Below, piece by piece: positions 1 through 7,553 of a stretch of 41,870 nucleotides of DNA; position 1 is the first letter of the stretch, and every line of letters begins with the position of its first letter. Made by a program: the position numbers and the translations under genes. This DNA comes from a virus, in IMG/VR virus record IMGVR_UViG_3300003323_000274, positions 1 to 41,870 of that record. One strand, given 5' to 3'. The notes below the pieces were generated by a model. That model was not told the origin of the DNA. It searched no databases and worked only from the letters and a program-made list of their open reading frames with translations.

Positions 1-25
1 GTTTTTAACATCGTTAATATTATAA
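1..25. repeat. Terminal direct repeat, copy 1 (identical to 41846..41870)
   Basis: gtttttaacatcgttaatattataa is read at both ends of the window. This implies circular closure or terminal redundancy. Confidence 0.95.
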
Positions 26-40
26 AAAAATGCTTCAGAT

Positions 41-259
41 ATGAAAAAGACTAAAAACTGCCTCAAAAATAGGAGAAGGTTGGTGTGGGAAGGGGCATCT
101 AGTACGATTGATATTTCTGGTTCCTTCTTTTTTAATACGCACCAAGCCTATACTCCTAACAATAACATCCGCCAAGTTTGGATTAATGTTGGAAAGTATT
201 TGGGTAAATCTATCTCCCAAATTGAATCGGAAAATAGAGAATTAATAAATCATGAATGA
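41..259 (+). CDS. hypothetical basic protein (72 aa)
   Basis: Its TGA overlaps the ATG of the next gene (ATGA at 256-259), and it lies on the early-arm strand. The antisense ORF 35..220 is judged spurious. Confidence 0.4.
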   Translation: MKKTKNCLKNRRRLVWEGASSTIDISGSFFFNTHQAYTPNNNIRQVWINVGKYLGKSISQIESENRELINHE

Positions 260-834
260 TGGCAGAAGACCTGCAAGCATTGCCACCCGAGAATATTCCT
301 AACGCAGAGATTGAGAAATTCCTTAAAGAAAAGTCTCCGAAAATTTTTGAGGGTTTATCCAATCAAAAAAAGAATGACATAATAAATGCCGTTAAGGGAA
401 GACTTTCAATTAGAATAAGTAACACTCATATGCACCTGATTCTAAATATGACGATGATATATTGTGAATGTGGAAAAATATCAGAGAACAGAGATACCGG
501 ATTGTGCGGATCATGTTCGCGTGCTGCAAGGAAAGCAGAAACAGACGCATTGAAGGTTAAGAAGATTTATCGAATACCGAAACAGTCCGCTAAAATGAAG
601 GAAGATTTGAAGACTTATTCAAAGCTTCGTACATGGTATTTGAAAGATCATCCGAACTGTGAATTGATGTTAATAGGATGTACTAAAGTTGCTGTTGAAA
701 TCCATCACATCGATTCAAGAGGATCAAATCTTAATAAGATTGAAACCTGGAAAAGTGCTTGCAGACATTGCCATACTATTTTACACGATAAACTATCAGC
801 TAAAAAGGCCCGTGATTTAGGGTTAAAGAAATGA
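256..834 (+). CDS. HNH-family endonuclease-like zinc-finger protein
   Basis: 192 aa. A CECG..CGSC zinc ribbon is followed by an H-N-H-like core, EIHHIDSRGSN..N..W..CRHCHTILH. Confidence 0.55.
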   Translation: MMAEDLQALPPENIPNAEIEKFLKEKSPKIFEGLSNQKKNDIINAVKGRLSIRISNTHMHLILNMTMIYCECGKISENRDTGLCGSCSRAARKAETDALKVKKIYRIPKQSAKMKEDLKTYSKLRTWYLKDHPNCELMLIGCTKVAVEIHHIDSRGSNLNKIETWKSACRHCHTILHDKLSAKKARDLGLKK

Positions 835-1181
835 TTGAGTTCAGATCAACACACAATTTACCATTCGAAGCATGTCCGTGGCCGAGATGTCCTGAAATAC
901 AATTATTCAGAATCGGCACATGTAATGGTCAATGGACTTCATCTAAGGATTGTTATGTGATAATATCGGTGATCAATGAACAACCTGGCAATGGGCATTT
1001 AGAAGATGTCTTTGAATGGTTTGAGAACTCATGTAAACGCGATGGAAAGGCATTAGTTATTACTGATTTCTTTAACAAGCGATTCAAAAAGTATTGCATA
1101 AAAAAGAGAGGATTTGAGGTAATTCCATCAACCAATGATGTAATTAAAGAATTTTCAGAATCAAGACTATCTAAAAAATAA
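831..1181 (+). CDS. hypothetical protein, possible mini-GNAT fold
   Basis: 116 aa, ATGA-coupled to the upstream gene. QPGNGH...NKRFKKYCIKKRGFEV loosely resembles the GNAT acetyl-CoA motif, so the function is tentative. Confidence 0.5.
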   Translation: MIEFRSTHNLPFEACPWPRCPEIQLFRIGTCNGQWTSSKDCYVIISVINEQPGNGHLEDVFEWFENSCKRDGKALVITDFFNKRFKKYCIKKRGFEVIPSTNDVIKEFSESRLSKK

Positions 1182-1185
1182 AACT

Positions 1186-1437
1186 ATGGCATACTTCAGT
1201 AATGGTTCAGAAGGCACTGTATTTGACGATCAATGCGCGCGATGTAAATATGGTACAAAGCCATGTCCTATTGCATTCGTTCAAATGGATGCAAATTATG
1301 ACCAGCACGATGATCCTTCAGGAACAGCAACAAAAATACTTGATCACTTGGTTAAAAATGACGGCACATGCACAGTTTATGAAATGGCTAAGCTTGACTT
1401 TGGAATAGATCCTGATCAACTTAAATTAGAATTATGA
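1186..1437 (+). CDS. hypothetical Cys-containing protein (83 aa)
   Basis: Contains CARCKYGTKPCPIAF and is ATGA-coupled to the next ORF. The alternative-frame ORF 1202..1408 is judged spurious. Confidence 0.55.
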   Translation: MAYFSNGSEGTVFDDQCARCKYGTKPCPIAFVQMDANYDQHDDPSGTATKILDHLVKNDGTCTVYEMAKLDFGIDPDQLKLEL

Positions 1438-1697
1438 CAAACGAGCAATTAATTGAAGAATTACAAAAACTTCCAGAGATTGATTTAAAAGTAGTTATTG
1501 GGGGCTTATTTGATCATATTATTCACAATGGTCAAGACCATTTAATTATTTCAGAGATTGAAGAGCGTGAAATGTTTAATCAGGAAATTGAAGATTTACG
1601 AGATGAAATTATCGATGGTGATTTAACACGAATAATGATGCAGTCTGAAATTGATAAGTTACAAAAGACAATAGAACAATTACAAGAAAAGATATGA
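1434..1697 (+). CDS. hypothetical acidic coiled-coil protein (87 aa)
   Basis: E/D-rich, heptad-like sequence. Both its start and its stop overlap neighbouring genes (ATGA). Confidence 0.55.
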   Translation: MTNEQLIEELQKLPEIDLKVVIGGLFDHIIHNGQDHLIISEIEEREMFNQEIEDLRDEIIDGDLTRIMMQSEIDKLQKTIEQLQEKI

Positions 1698-1903
1698 GTC
1701 ACCAATGCAGTTGTACTGAGCCCTGCGGCATGGACGGTGTCTGTGTATACCAACGCAAGCCTCAAAAAATAAGTAAGCGCATACGGCTTATAAATAGCCT
1801 TATTCGGTTTCATTTAGCGAAAGTCAATGAGACAACCGATTACTATAAGACTGAGAAGGTAAGTAGAGTTTTAACGGGGTTAACTAAAAAGATAAGAAAG
1901 TGA
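1694..1903 (+). CDS. hypothetical protein (69 aa)
   Basis: Translationally coupled at both ends (ATGA upstream, GTGA downstream). Confidence 0.5.
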   Translation: MSHQCSCTEPCGMDGVCVYQRKPQKISKRIRLINSLIRFHLAKVNETTDYYKTEKVSRVLTGLTKKIRK

Positions 1904-2406
1904 GTGCATTATATGAAAAATTAATGGCTGAGGGTTTCATTTTTGATGTGCATATACAATCTAAACCTCTTAAAAAGAAAGCAAATTTTAATCACAAAAG
2001 AACTGATCTTCCTGAACAACCATTACCAATTACAATTGAAAATTTCTTCATCAGAACAAAGGCAGTTTTCCAAAAAATAGATTCTATACCAGCCGGATAT
2101 AAAAGCTTCTTCAAATCAAAAGGAAGCGAATATTTCACAAATGAAGATAAGTCCATTGTAATTCGCGTTTCAGATCATTGGGGTTATAAAATAAGATTCT
2201 GTAATTGGTTCCTAAAAATGGAATATGGGGGTAGTTACGAACAAATTAGTTCATTCAAATGGAGTAAAATCCATAGCAGACAGAAGTTTATAGGCAAATG
2301 CCGAATTGCTGATTTCTCGCCAGCTAAACGAACTCCATTCAAGGGATCATCTTTACAGACAATAGAAAAATTAAGTGGCATCAATAATAGTCGATGGCCT
2401 GAATAA
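1900..2406 (+). CDS. hypothetical protein (168 aa)
   Basis: GTG start overlaps the upstream TGA. It is the last gene before terminator 2505..2566. Confidence 0.5.
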   Translation: MSALYEKLMAEGFIFDVHIQSKPLKKKANFNHKRTDLPEQPLPITIENFFIRTKAVFQKIDSIPAGYKSFFKSKGSEYFTNEDKSIVIRVSDHWGYKIRFCNWFLKMEYGGSYEQISSFKWSKIHSRQKFIGKCRIADFSPAKRTPFKGSSLQTIEKLSGINNSRWPE

Positions 2407-2504
2407 AATTATTTCTATGATTTGTTTTGAGGAAAGGTAGGAAAGAGATTAAATTTGCATAATTGATTCGCCTGCGCTAAATTTGTGTGGATCTGAAGAT
2501 TTTT

Positions 2505-2566
2505 AGGAATCCCTGATGAATGAGAAAGAGTTAGCGCCTTTCGATTTTATCGGGGATTCCTTTTTT
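2505..2566 (+). terminator. Rho-independent terminator (long-loop hairpin plus T6)
   Basis: aggaatccctgat (2505-2517) pairs with atcggggattcct (2549-2561, one G-U) and is followed by tttttt. An inner gaaag/ctttc hairpin sits in the loop. Confidence 0.7.
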
Positions 2567-2792
2567 ATTAAGGTTTCGCGCTAACAGCCTTATTTCGACT
2601 TCTGCCGATCGCATGCCCGACTCAAGGGTTAAAGTCCTCACCTCGACAACCAACGATTTAAAGCGTACTGAGGGGCGGCTAATAGCTCATAAACTATTAC
2701 ATCTGTTAAATGATACCAAGGTGGGTAACTTGTATTCCTGGTATCGGCCTAAGCAAAACGACGAACTAACGTGACGCAATGACTCAGAATAT

Positions 2793-2828
2793 AAGTTGTC
2801 TCTTTGGGAGGGGAGGCAACTTGTTTTT
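2793..2828 (+). terminator. Rho-independent terminator
   Basis: Stem aagttgtctc / gaggcaactt (one G-U) is followed by gttttt. Confidence 0.65.
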
Positions 2829-2915
2829 CTGACCAACTTCACTCTGAATCTTCGTTCTGCAATGTCACTTTAAAAATAAATATAATAATTAATATACAAG
2901 TTATTATACATATTG

Positions 2916-2923
2916 TATATTTG
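2916..2923 (+). promoter_or_regulatory. Bacteroidota-type -7 promoter box (TAnnTTTG)
   Basis: TATATTTG lies 4 nt upstream of ATG 2928, in a very AT-rich tract downstream of a terminator. No clear -33 TTTG was seen. Confidence 0.4.
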
Positions 2924-2927
2924 ATAC

Positions 2928-3242
2928 ATGATAGCAACAGTAAAAGAAATAACAGAAATATATCGCGATTGCGATGCAAAGTTTTTAAAAACAGGTGGGA
3001 GCACAAGACACTTTATTAGAGATCTATTTTTACCTTCATTGGAAGAATCTGGATTCATTATAATAAAAGTATCAGAGACTCCAAAAAAAATTGATTTGGA
3101 TCAATTTGAAGTTAAGAAAGTAATTGCAGCCGATCTTAAATCTAAAGGTTATTCCTATAGACAAATACAGCGTGCACTTGGATACAAATCAGTTCGTTCA
3201 ATTTCACATCTATTAAATCATGGAAGAAAAAATGAATCTTAA
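2928..3242 (+). CDS. HTH DNA-binding protein (104 aa)
   Basis: The C-terminal segment KGYSYRQIQRALGYKSVRSISHLL looks like a helix-turn-helix. It is the first gene after the promoter box. Confidence 0.6.
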   Translation: MIATVKEITEIYRDCDAKFLKTGGSTRHFIRDLFLPSLEESGFIIIKVSETPKKIDLDQFEVKKVIAADLKSKGYSYRQIQRALGYKSVRSISHLLNHGRKNES

Positions 3243-3471
3243 TTACTGGAAATCACAGCTTGATGAGAGGTGGTTAGAAACAATGTCAATGCTCCACAAA
3301 GGCAAAGACATGGATGAAGCTATAGCCCAAAGTTTCGGGTTTTTAATAGCTGACGAGACAAGACTCGAAAACAGCGATGTAAGCGATTTTAAGAGACTTG
3401 TAAATGGGTGGTTGTCTAAGATGCCACGGCCTAAAAAAGTAGCACAGAAATTAAATTTTAATGATCTATGA
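3220..3471 (+). CDS. hypothetical protein (83 aa)
   Basis: Overlaps the upstream gene by 23 nt and is ATGA-coupled downstream. No motif recognised. Confidence 0.5.
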   Translation: MEEKMNLNYWKSQLDERWLETMSMLHKGKDMDEAIAQSFGFLIADETRLENSDVSDFKRLVNGWLSKMPRPKKVAQKLNFNDL

Positions 3472-3668
3472 TAAAATTAAAAAAGGATAAGAATTTAATT
3501 TTAGGATTGAGTGAAGAGAATGTAAAACGCCTTCAGGCAGGACAACCAATTAAATTTAATCTTAATATTTTGCTCCCTGATCAAGATTTTAATGTTTTTA
3601 TCATTGCTGGTAAAACGGAAGAGAGCATGTATTTAAGTCTTAAACAAATAATTGAAATTCAAAATTAA
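3468..3668 (+). CDS. hypothetical protein (66 aa)
   Basis: ATGA-coupled ORF in the early arm. Confidence 0.5.
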   Translation: MIKLKKDKNLILGLSEENVKRLQAGQPIKFNLNILLPDQDFNVFIIAGKTEESMYLSLKQIIEIQN

Positions 3669-3674
3669 AAGACT

Positions 3675-3776
3675 ATGATAACATCAATGCAATTTTTGGA
3701 ATATTGTCTCGCTATATCAATCGCAGTTGTGGTTGCAAAAGTTGGATGGGAGATTATTAATGCATTCAAAAAATGA
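3675..3776 (+). CDS. small membrane protein (33 aa; not in the ORF track)
   Basis: Hand translation gives MITSMQFLEYCLAISIAVVVAKVGWEIINAFKK. It has one TM helix, fills the gap, and its TGA overlaps ATG 3773. Confidence 0.4.
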   Translation: MITSMQFLEYCLAISIAVVVAKVGWEIINAFKK

Positions 3777-3961
3777 CTGAAGAAAGATTTTGGCAATTAG
3801 TTAAAATTAATTGCCCATACGGAAAATATTGGGCTGCTTCAATTACGTGCAGAGGAGGCGATTATTTTGAAGAATCAAATATTGATGATGGGCCACAGTT
3901 AGCCAAGAAACGATTAAGAGATAAACTTGTTAAGCTTGGATATTTAACTGACCTATTCTAA
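3773..3961 (+). CDS. hypothetical protein (62 aa)
   Basis: Coupled ORF with a TAATG overlap to the next gene. Confidence 0.5.
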   Translation: MTEERFWQLVKINCPYGKYWAASITCRGGDYFEESNIDDGPQLAKKRLRDKLVKLGYLTDLF

Positions 3962-4587
3962 TGCGCGAATTTTTCTTCACACTACTAAACAATCTTTATA
4001 AGATGGCAGGCCTACGCCAACTCGAAAAGATATACGAAGAGTTCCCAGATAAGAAAGATCATACCCGGGAGATAAATGCTTTACTTGATGAATTGTGCAA
4101 AGTTTGTGGAATGTTCAGCTACATACCCGAGCTTGATATGCAAAACATAATTCGGGATAAAATATATTCAGATCCAAAATTCATAGGTCTAAACGGTAAG
4201 ATTTTATTCAACTGGTTTGACGGCGTTAAGGGGCCTTACTACTCACGATTTATTGACGAACAAGCAAATAAAGAACAAACTGAAAAAGTTAATGCAGAGC
4301 CACTAACAGGTGAAGCACGCGATAAAGCTATAAAAGAATGGCAGCAAGCTTTAAATAAAGTCGGTCCTGAAAAAGTTGAGCACATTGGAAGCAAATTGAA
4401 AAGTAAATTCAGTCAATTGTCAGATGTTCCGGAAATTAAAGAAAGATACAGGCCTCCATCACTTGAAGAAATAGAAGCGAGAGAACGCCATACCGCATGG
4501 ATACGCGCCAACTTTGACGCTTATACAGGTAATCCACTACCAGGTTTTATAAAAGAAGATGAATGGTTGAAAATTAACTACAAATAA
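3961..4587 (+). CDS. hypothetical protein (208 aa)
   Basis: Largest early-arm ORF. No motif recognised. Confidence 0.6.
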   Translation: MREFFFTLLNNLYKMAGLRQLEKIYEEFPDKKDHTREINALLDELCKVCGMFSYIPELDMQNIIRDKIYSDPKFIGLNGKILFNWFDGVKGPYYSRFIDEQANKEQTEKVNAEPLTGEARDKAIKEWQQALNKVGPEKVEHIGSKLKSKFSQLSDVPEIKERYRPPSLEEIEARERHTAWIRANFDAYTGNPLPGFIKEDEWLKINYK

Positions 4588-4588
4588 T

Positions 4589-4810
4589 ATGAACACGCCA
4601 ATTACAGAACAAGAACTTTCTGATAAATTCAGAGAATTTATTGCAACGTTCAAAACAAGTGAGCAATTCACAGAAGATAGCTGGAAAGAAATAAATCCAT
4701 CTAAAAAGATTACCCGTGAAACTACAATAGGAGAAATTCAAGATTGGGTAAGGACTTTTAGTGAACAGAAACGAAAGCCTATGCAGGTAACTATAATTGA
4801 ACTTGTTTGA
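4589..4810 (+). CDS. hypothetical protein, paralog family A copy 1
   Basis: Shares EFIATF and KKITRETTIGEIQDW with ORF 4838..5035. The two also share a 20-nt identical DNA block, gaatttattgcaacgttcaa. Confidence 0.55.
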   Translation: MNTPITEQELSDKFREFIATFKTSEQFTEDSWKEINPSKKITRETTIGEIQDWVRTFSEQKRKPMQVTIIELV

Positions 4811-4837
4811 ATGGAGACAATTAAACTGTAAATAATT

Positions 4838-5035
4838 ATGGAACAAGAAGAAAAGAAACCAGAATTTATTGCAACGTTCAATCATGGATTTCAAATATCA
4901 AATGATTATTTTGACGTTTGTTCACCCACTAAAAAAGTAACTCGCGAAACTACAATTGGAGAAATACATGATTGGTATAAAAATATAAATAAGACATCAC
5001 TTCTTGAGGTAAAACTAATTCAAATTGAGCCATGA
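4838..5035 (+). CDS. hypothetical protein, paralog family A copy 2
   Basis: Contains EFIATF and KKVTRETTIGEIHDW. It is a tandem duplicate of 4589..4810. Confidence 0.55.
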   Translation: MEQEEKKPEFIATFNHGFQISNDYFDVCSPTKKVTRETTIGEIHDWYKNINKTSLLEVKLIQIEP

Positions 5036-5313
5036 CAGATCAACAGAAATCAGACAGAGAGAAAGCAAAACAGGCTTGGAAAGAACACGCCAACAAAAGA
5101 TTTGATGACATCCACGAAGGAATTAATGGAGCAATAAAAGGCCAATTCCAACTCACAGGAATTAAAGACTTCAAATCATCCCTTAAAAGAGATATTGAAA
5201 AGAGAATAGCGGAGCATAGAAAATATTACAATCTTTTCAATAGACGTGAAGAAGATGCACATATACAAGAATTACAATACATTATTGAACTAATCGAAAC
5301 AGTTGAACCATGA
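5032..5313 (+). CDS. hypothetical protein, paralog family B copy 1
   Basis: FKSSLKRDIEKRIAEH and the C-terminal IIELIETVEP resemble 5548..5772. ATGA-coupled. Confidence 0.55.
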   Translation: MTDQQKSDREKAKQAWKEHANKRFDDIHEGINGAIKGQFQLTGIKDFKSSLKRDIEKRIAEHRKYYNLFNRREEDAHIQELQYIIELIETVEP

Positions 5314-5516
5314 GTTGTTGGACAAAAGAACAATTAGAAGAAATGCTTTTTGATGTGGTTGATCAACTCAACTTATCTGAAGCAATAATGGAGAAACATG
5401 GGCCTATCGGAACTCCACCGGCTGAATTAGTTAGGCTTGTATTGGATCAAAAAGATCAAGAAATTAAGATGCTTAAATTAGGTATGAAATATATCGAAAC
5501 TGATATTAAGCCCTAA
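5310..5516 (+). CDS. hypothetical protein (68 aa)
   Basis: ATGA-coupled ORF. Confidence 0.5.
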   Translation: MSCWTKEQLEEMLFDVVDQLNLSEAIMEKHGPIGTPPAELVRLVLDQKDQEIKMLKLGMKYIETDIKP

Positions 5517-5547
5517 AAACCAAAGTACTCAACATTCTATTAGAACT

Positions 5548-5772
5548 ATGAATATAAATGCTGAATGTGCATGGATTGATTTTTCAAAAAAAGATACTTT
5601 TAATCACGTTTCATATCGAAAAGGAATCAGAAGATTTAAAGCCGCATTGATTCGTGATGTTGAGAAACGAATTAAAGAACTTGAAGAAATATCAAGAATT
5701 TATCCTGTGACACAAACTCACATGAGTGAGCTTAAAAATTTCATTACCATAATAAAAGAATGTAAACCGTGA
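5548..5772 (+). CDS. hypothetical protein, paralog family B copy 2
   Basis: Contains FKAALIRDVEKRIKEL and the C-terminal ITIIKECKP. Confidence 0.5.
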   Translation: MNINAECAWIDFSKKDTFNHVSYRKGIRRFKAALIRDVEKRIKELEEISRIYPVTQTHMSELKNFITIIKECKP

Positions 5773-6236
5773 AAACTTTAACTATTCTATTCGAATCTCC
5801 TAATGTGTTCAAGGTATTGCCTGAGTGGCCTAAAGAGCCAATATATTGTGATTGTCCTTGTACATTTAATTGTACTTGTGAAAAAAATAAAGCCCAATAT
5901 AATATTGCTTGTCAAGAATCCAAAGCTAATGCGATAAGGATTGAGAATCCGGAAATACTTCCAATAGTTACAAACGAATGTGATTTGTGTGATGGTTGTG
6001 GATGGTATGAAGGTGGCCCAACATTAAAGACAGATTGCAATGCATGCAAGGCTACTGGATTGATACAATTCCATAATCATGAGAAGCTTATTTCTGGTGA
6101 TATATTCCAAGTACAGGGATTTGAGTATGAAGTCGAAACTAGATTTACTGATGGATGGATTCCTACTTATAATAATCCTGATAACTCAGGTTGTGATGTT
6201 CCCGCAGAGCCTTATCAAGTAGCCATTCTAAAGTGA
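5769..6236 (+). CDS. Cys-rich protein with DnaJ-type CxxCxGxG zinc-finger motifs
   Basis: 155 aa with CDLCDGCGW and CNACKATG motifs. The GTG start overlaps the upstream TGA. Confidence 0.55.
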   Translation: MKTLTILFESPNVFKVLPEWPKEPIYCDCPCTFNCTCEKNKAQYNIACQESKANAIRIENPEILPIVTNECDLCDGCGWYEGGPTLKTDCNACKATGLIQFHNHEKLISGDIFQVQGFEYEVETRFTDGWIPTYNNPDNSGCDVPAEPYQVAILK

Positions 6237-6317
6237 GTCTGCGAAAATGAAAATGGAGTTTTGGAGAATGAACTTAAAAACTTAGATTTATTTTAAATCC
6301 CAATAGCCAAACCACCA

Positions 6318-6521
6318 ATGAAAAAAGTCACAATAAAATTAGAAATTACAAGTTGTAAACAATGCCCTTTCTTTAAAGAAGGGGATAGGGAAACTACAGA
6401 TGGTTTTGATTCAGGAAATGATTGGTTGTGTACAAAAAAGAATAAACTAATAGCCGGATTTGTGGAGTGGCATGAGGTCTCGAAAATAGAAGTTCCTAAA
6501 TGGTGTCCTATAGCGCAATAA
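6318..6521 (+). CDS. small Cys-containing protein (67 aa)
   Basis: Carries CKQCPFF...C...WCP cysteines. It is the last gene of the plus arm and overlaps the convergent ORF 6508..7092 by 14 nt. Confidence 0.5.
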   Translation: MKKVTIKLEITSCKQCPFFKEGDRETTDGFDSGNDWLCTKKNKLIAGFVEWHEVSKIEVPKWCPIAQ

Positions 6522-7092
6522 ATAAACCTACTATAAAAGCTACACCAATTCCTATTGTCTTTAATCTTCCGATTCGTTTGCGTCTCTTCAAAATCTTATC
6601 CTGATCGGTAATTATTTCATCCTGCTTAACTATTATAGAATCCTGTTTTGATATAGTTGAATCCTGGCTTTCGACTATTGCATTCAAAACTGTTAAGTCT
6701 TCCTGATGATCGGCTTTGAGCACATTTATTTTGTTTTCCTGAGTTAGGTTTAAAGAGTCAAGATCGCCAACGAAAGCCTTCACAACCGCCATTGAATCTA
6801 TTTCCTGCATGACTTGTGGTCTGTTTTCCTGTATTCGCTCTTTAAGCTTTAAAATTGGCTTGTCCGCTAAGGTTTCATTAACGATGTGTTTTTTCTTATT
6901 CGTCAGTATCAAGGATTTTAAGCTATCTGTAATGAGCTTAAAGTGCGTCTCTGAGGCATGTAGTATTTTAACATCGGATTCGAGTCCTTTTATCTTTAGT
7001 TCAGCACTGTTTGAAGTCTCTGTGTGGAGAACGTAAAAGGCTCCGATTAATAAAATCAGGATTATAATGATTATTTCACGATAATATTTCAT
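6508..7092 (-). CDS. double-membrane-anchor coiled-coil protein (194 aa)
   Basis: N-terminal TM (IIIIILILLIGAFYVL), a long coiled coil, and a C-terminal TM (IGIGVAFIVGLFIAL). Confidence 0.6.
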   Translation of the reverse strand: MKYYREIIIIILILLIGAFYVLHTETSNSAELKIKGLESDVKILHASETHFKLITDSLKSLILTNKKKHIVNETLADKPILKLKERIQENRPQVMQEIDSMAVVKAFVGDLDSLNLTQENKINVLKADHQEDLTVLNAIVESQDSTISKQDSIIVKQDEIITDQDKILKRRKRIGRLKTIGIGVAFIVGLFIAL

Positions 7093-7096
7093 AGAT

Positions 7097-7104
7097 TAAA
7101 TATA
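7097..7104 (-). promoter_or_regulatory. near-consensus -7 box (TATATTTA) abutting ATG 7092
   Basis: The minus strand reads cgtTATATTTAatctATG immediately after the bidirectional terminator. The spacing matches the box at 2916. Confidence 0.3.
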
Positions 7105-7107
7105 ACG

Positions 7108-7141
7108 AAAAAAGCCGGCACTAATTATCTACCGGCTTTTT
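7108..7141. terminator. Bidirectional rho-independent terminator
   Basis: Stem agccgg (7113-7118) / ccggct (7132-7137) is flanked by an A-run and a T-run, so each strand gets a U-tract. Confidence 0.7.
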
Positions 7142-7522
7142 CTCCATCATCTGTCATCATTCGAATTTACGCATCGATTAACGGTCGTCACTTATTTTTC
7201 GGGATTCTAAAAAGCGTCCTTATAAAGTTCCCTATGATGATTCGGCATCAACACCTATTCTTCAGCTTAAAGAACCTTCAACGTTATATGGTAAATGCTT
7301 CGCAACATTTGTTTCAAGTGAGCTTATCCATAGAGTTCAAACAGCTAATTTGAACTCCTAAAGGCACTCTTTTGCTAGGTTAAAAACTTCGCACCTTATA
7401 ACTATCCTGAGTTAGTATCTATAAGAAAACCAATCTTCTATTGGCCTTAAAATCTATTCCAAAGTAAATCAAAATTATGTACATTTACAAGTGAGATTTG
7501 ATTATAGTAAGTAGGTTTAAAA

Positions 7523-7549
7523 GGCTGGCAATCGCTGGCCTTTTCTTTT
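7523..7549. terminator. Hairpin plus T-tract next to the tRNA (strand ambiguous)
   Basis: The ggctggc-aatc-gctggcc hairpin has two G-U pairs in plus-strand RNA but two mismatches in minus-strand RNA. ttttctttt follows it on the plus strand. Confidence 0.45.
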
Positions 7550-7553
7550 ATTG

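Noticed and set aside
2567-2830. tmRNA-like resemblance (GCATGCC ... GAGGGGCGG ... CAAAACGACGAA, in the same order as in E. coli ssrA)
   Set aside because: The matches are only short k-mers that could arise by chance. There is no tRNA-like acceptor/T-arm (no GGTTCGAATCC-type element). The unit is about 230 nt, too short for a tmRNA. The possible tag frame ends ...QNDELT rather than in a hydrophobic degron.
2804-3058. ORFs 2804..3019 (+) and 2870..3058 (-) in the AT-rich promoter tract
   Set aside because: They span the terminator and AT-rich promoter region and overlap the better-supported HTH gene 2928..3242. Their sequences (IINIQVIIHIVYLI and similar) are AT-rich translation artefacts.
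7141-7344. Plus-strand open frame of about 97 codons across the spacer (…SPSSVIIRIYASINGRHLFFGILKSV…)
   Set aside because: It runs through the bidirectional terminator. Its first ATG leaves only 37 codons, and the sequence looks like random hydrophobic and basic residues.
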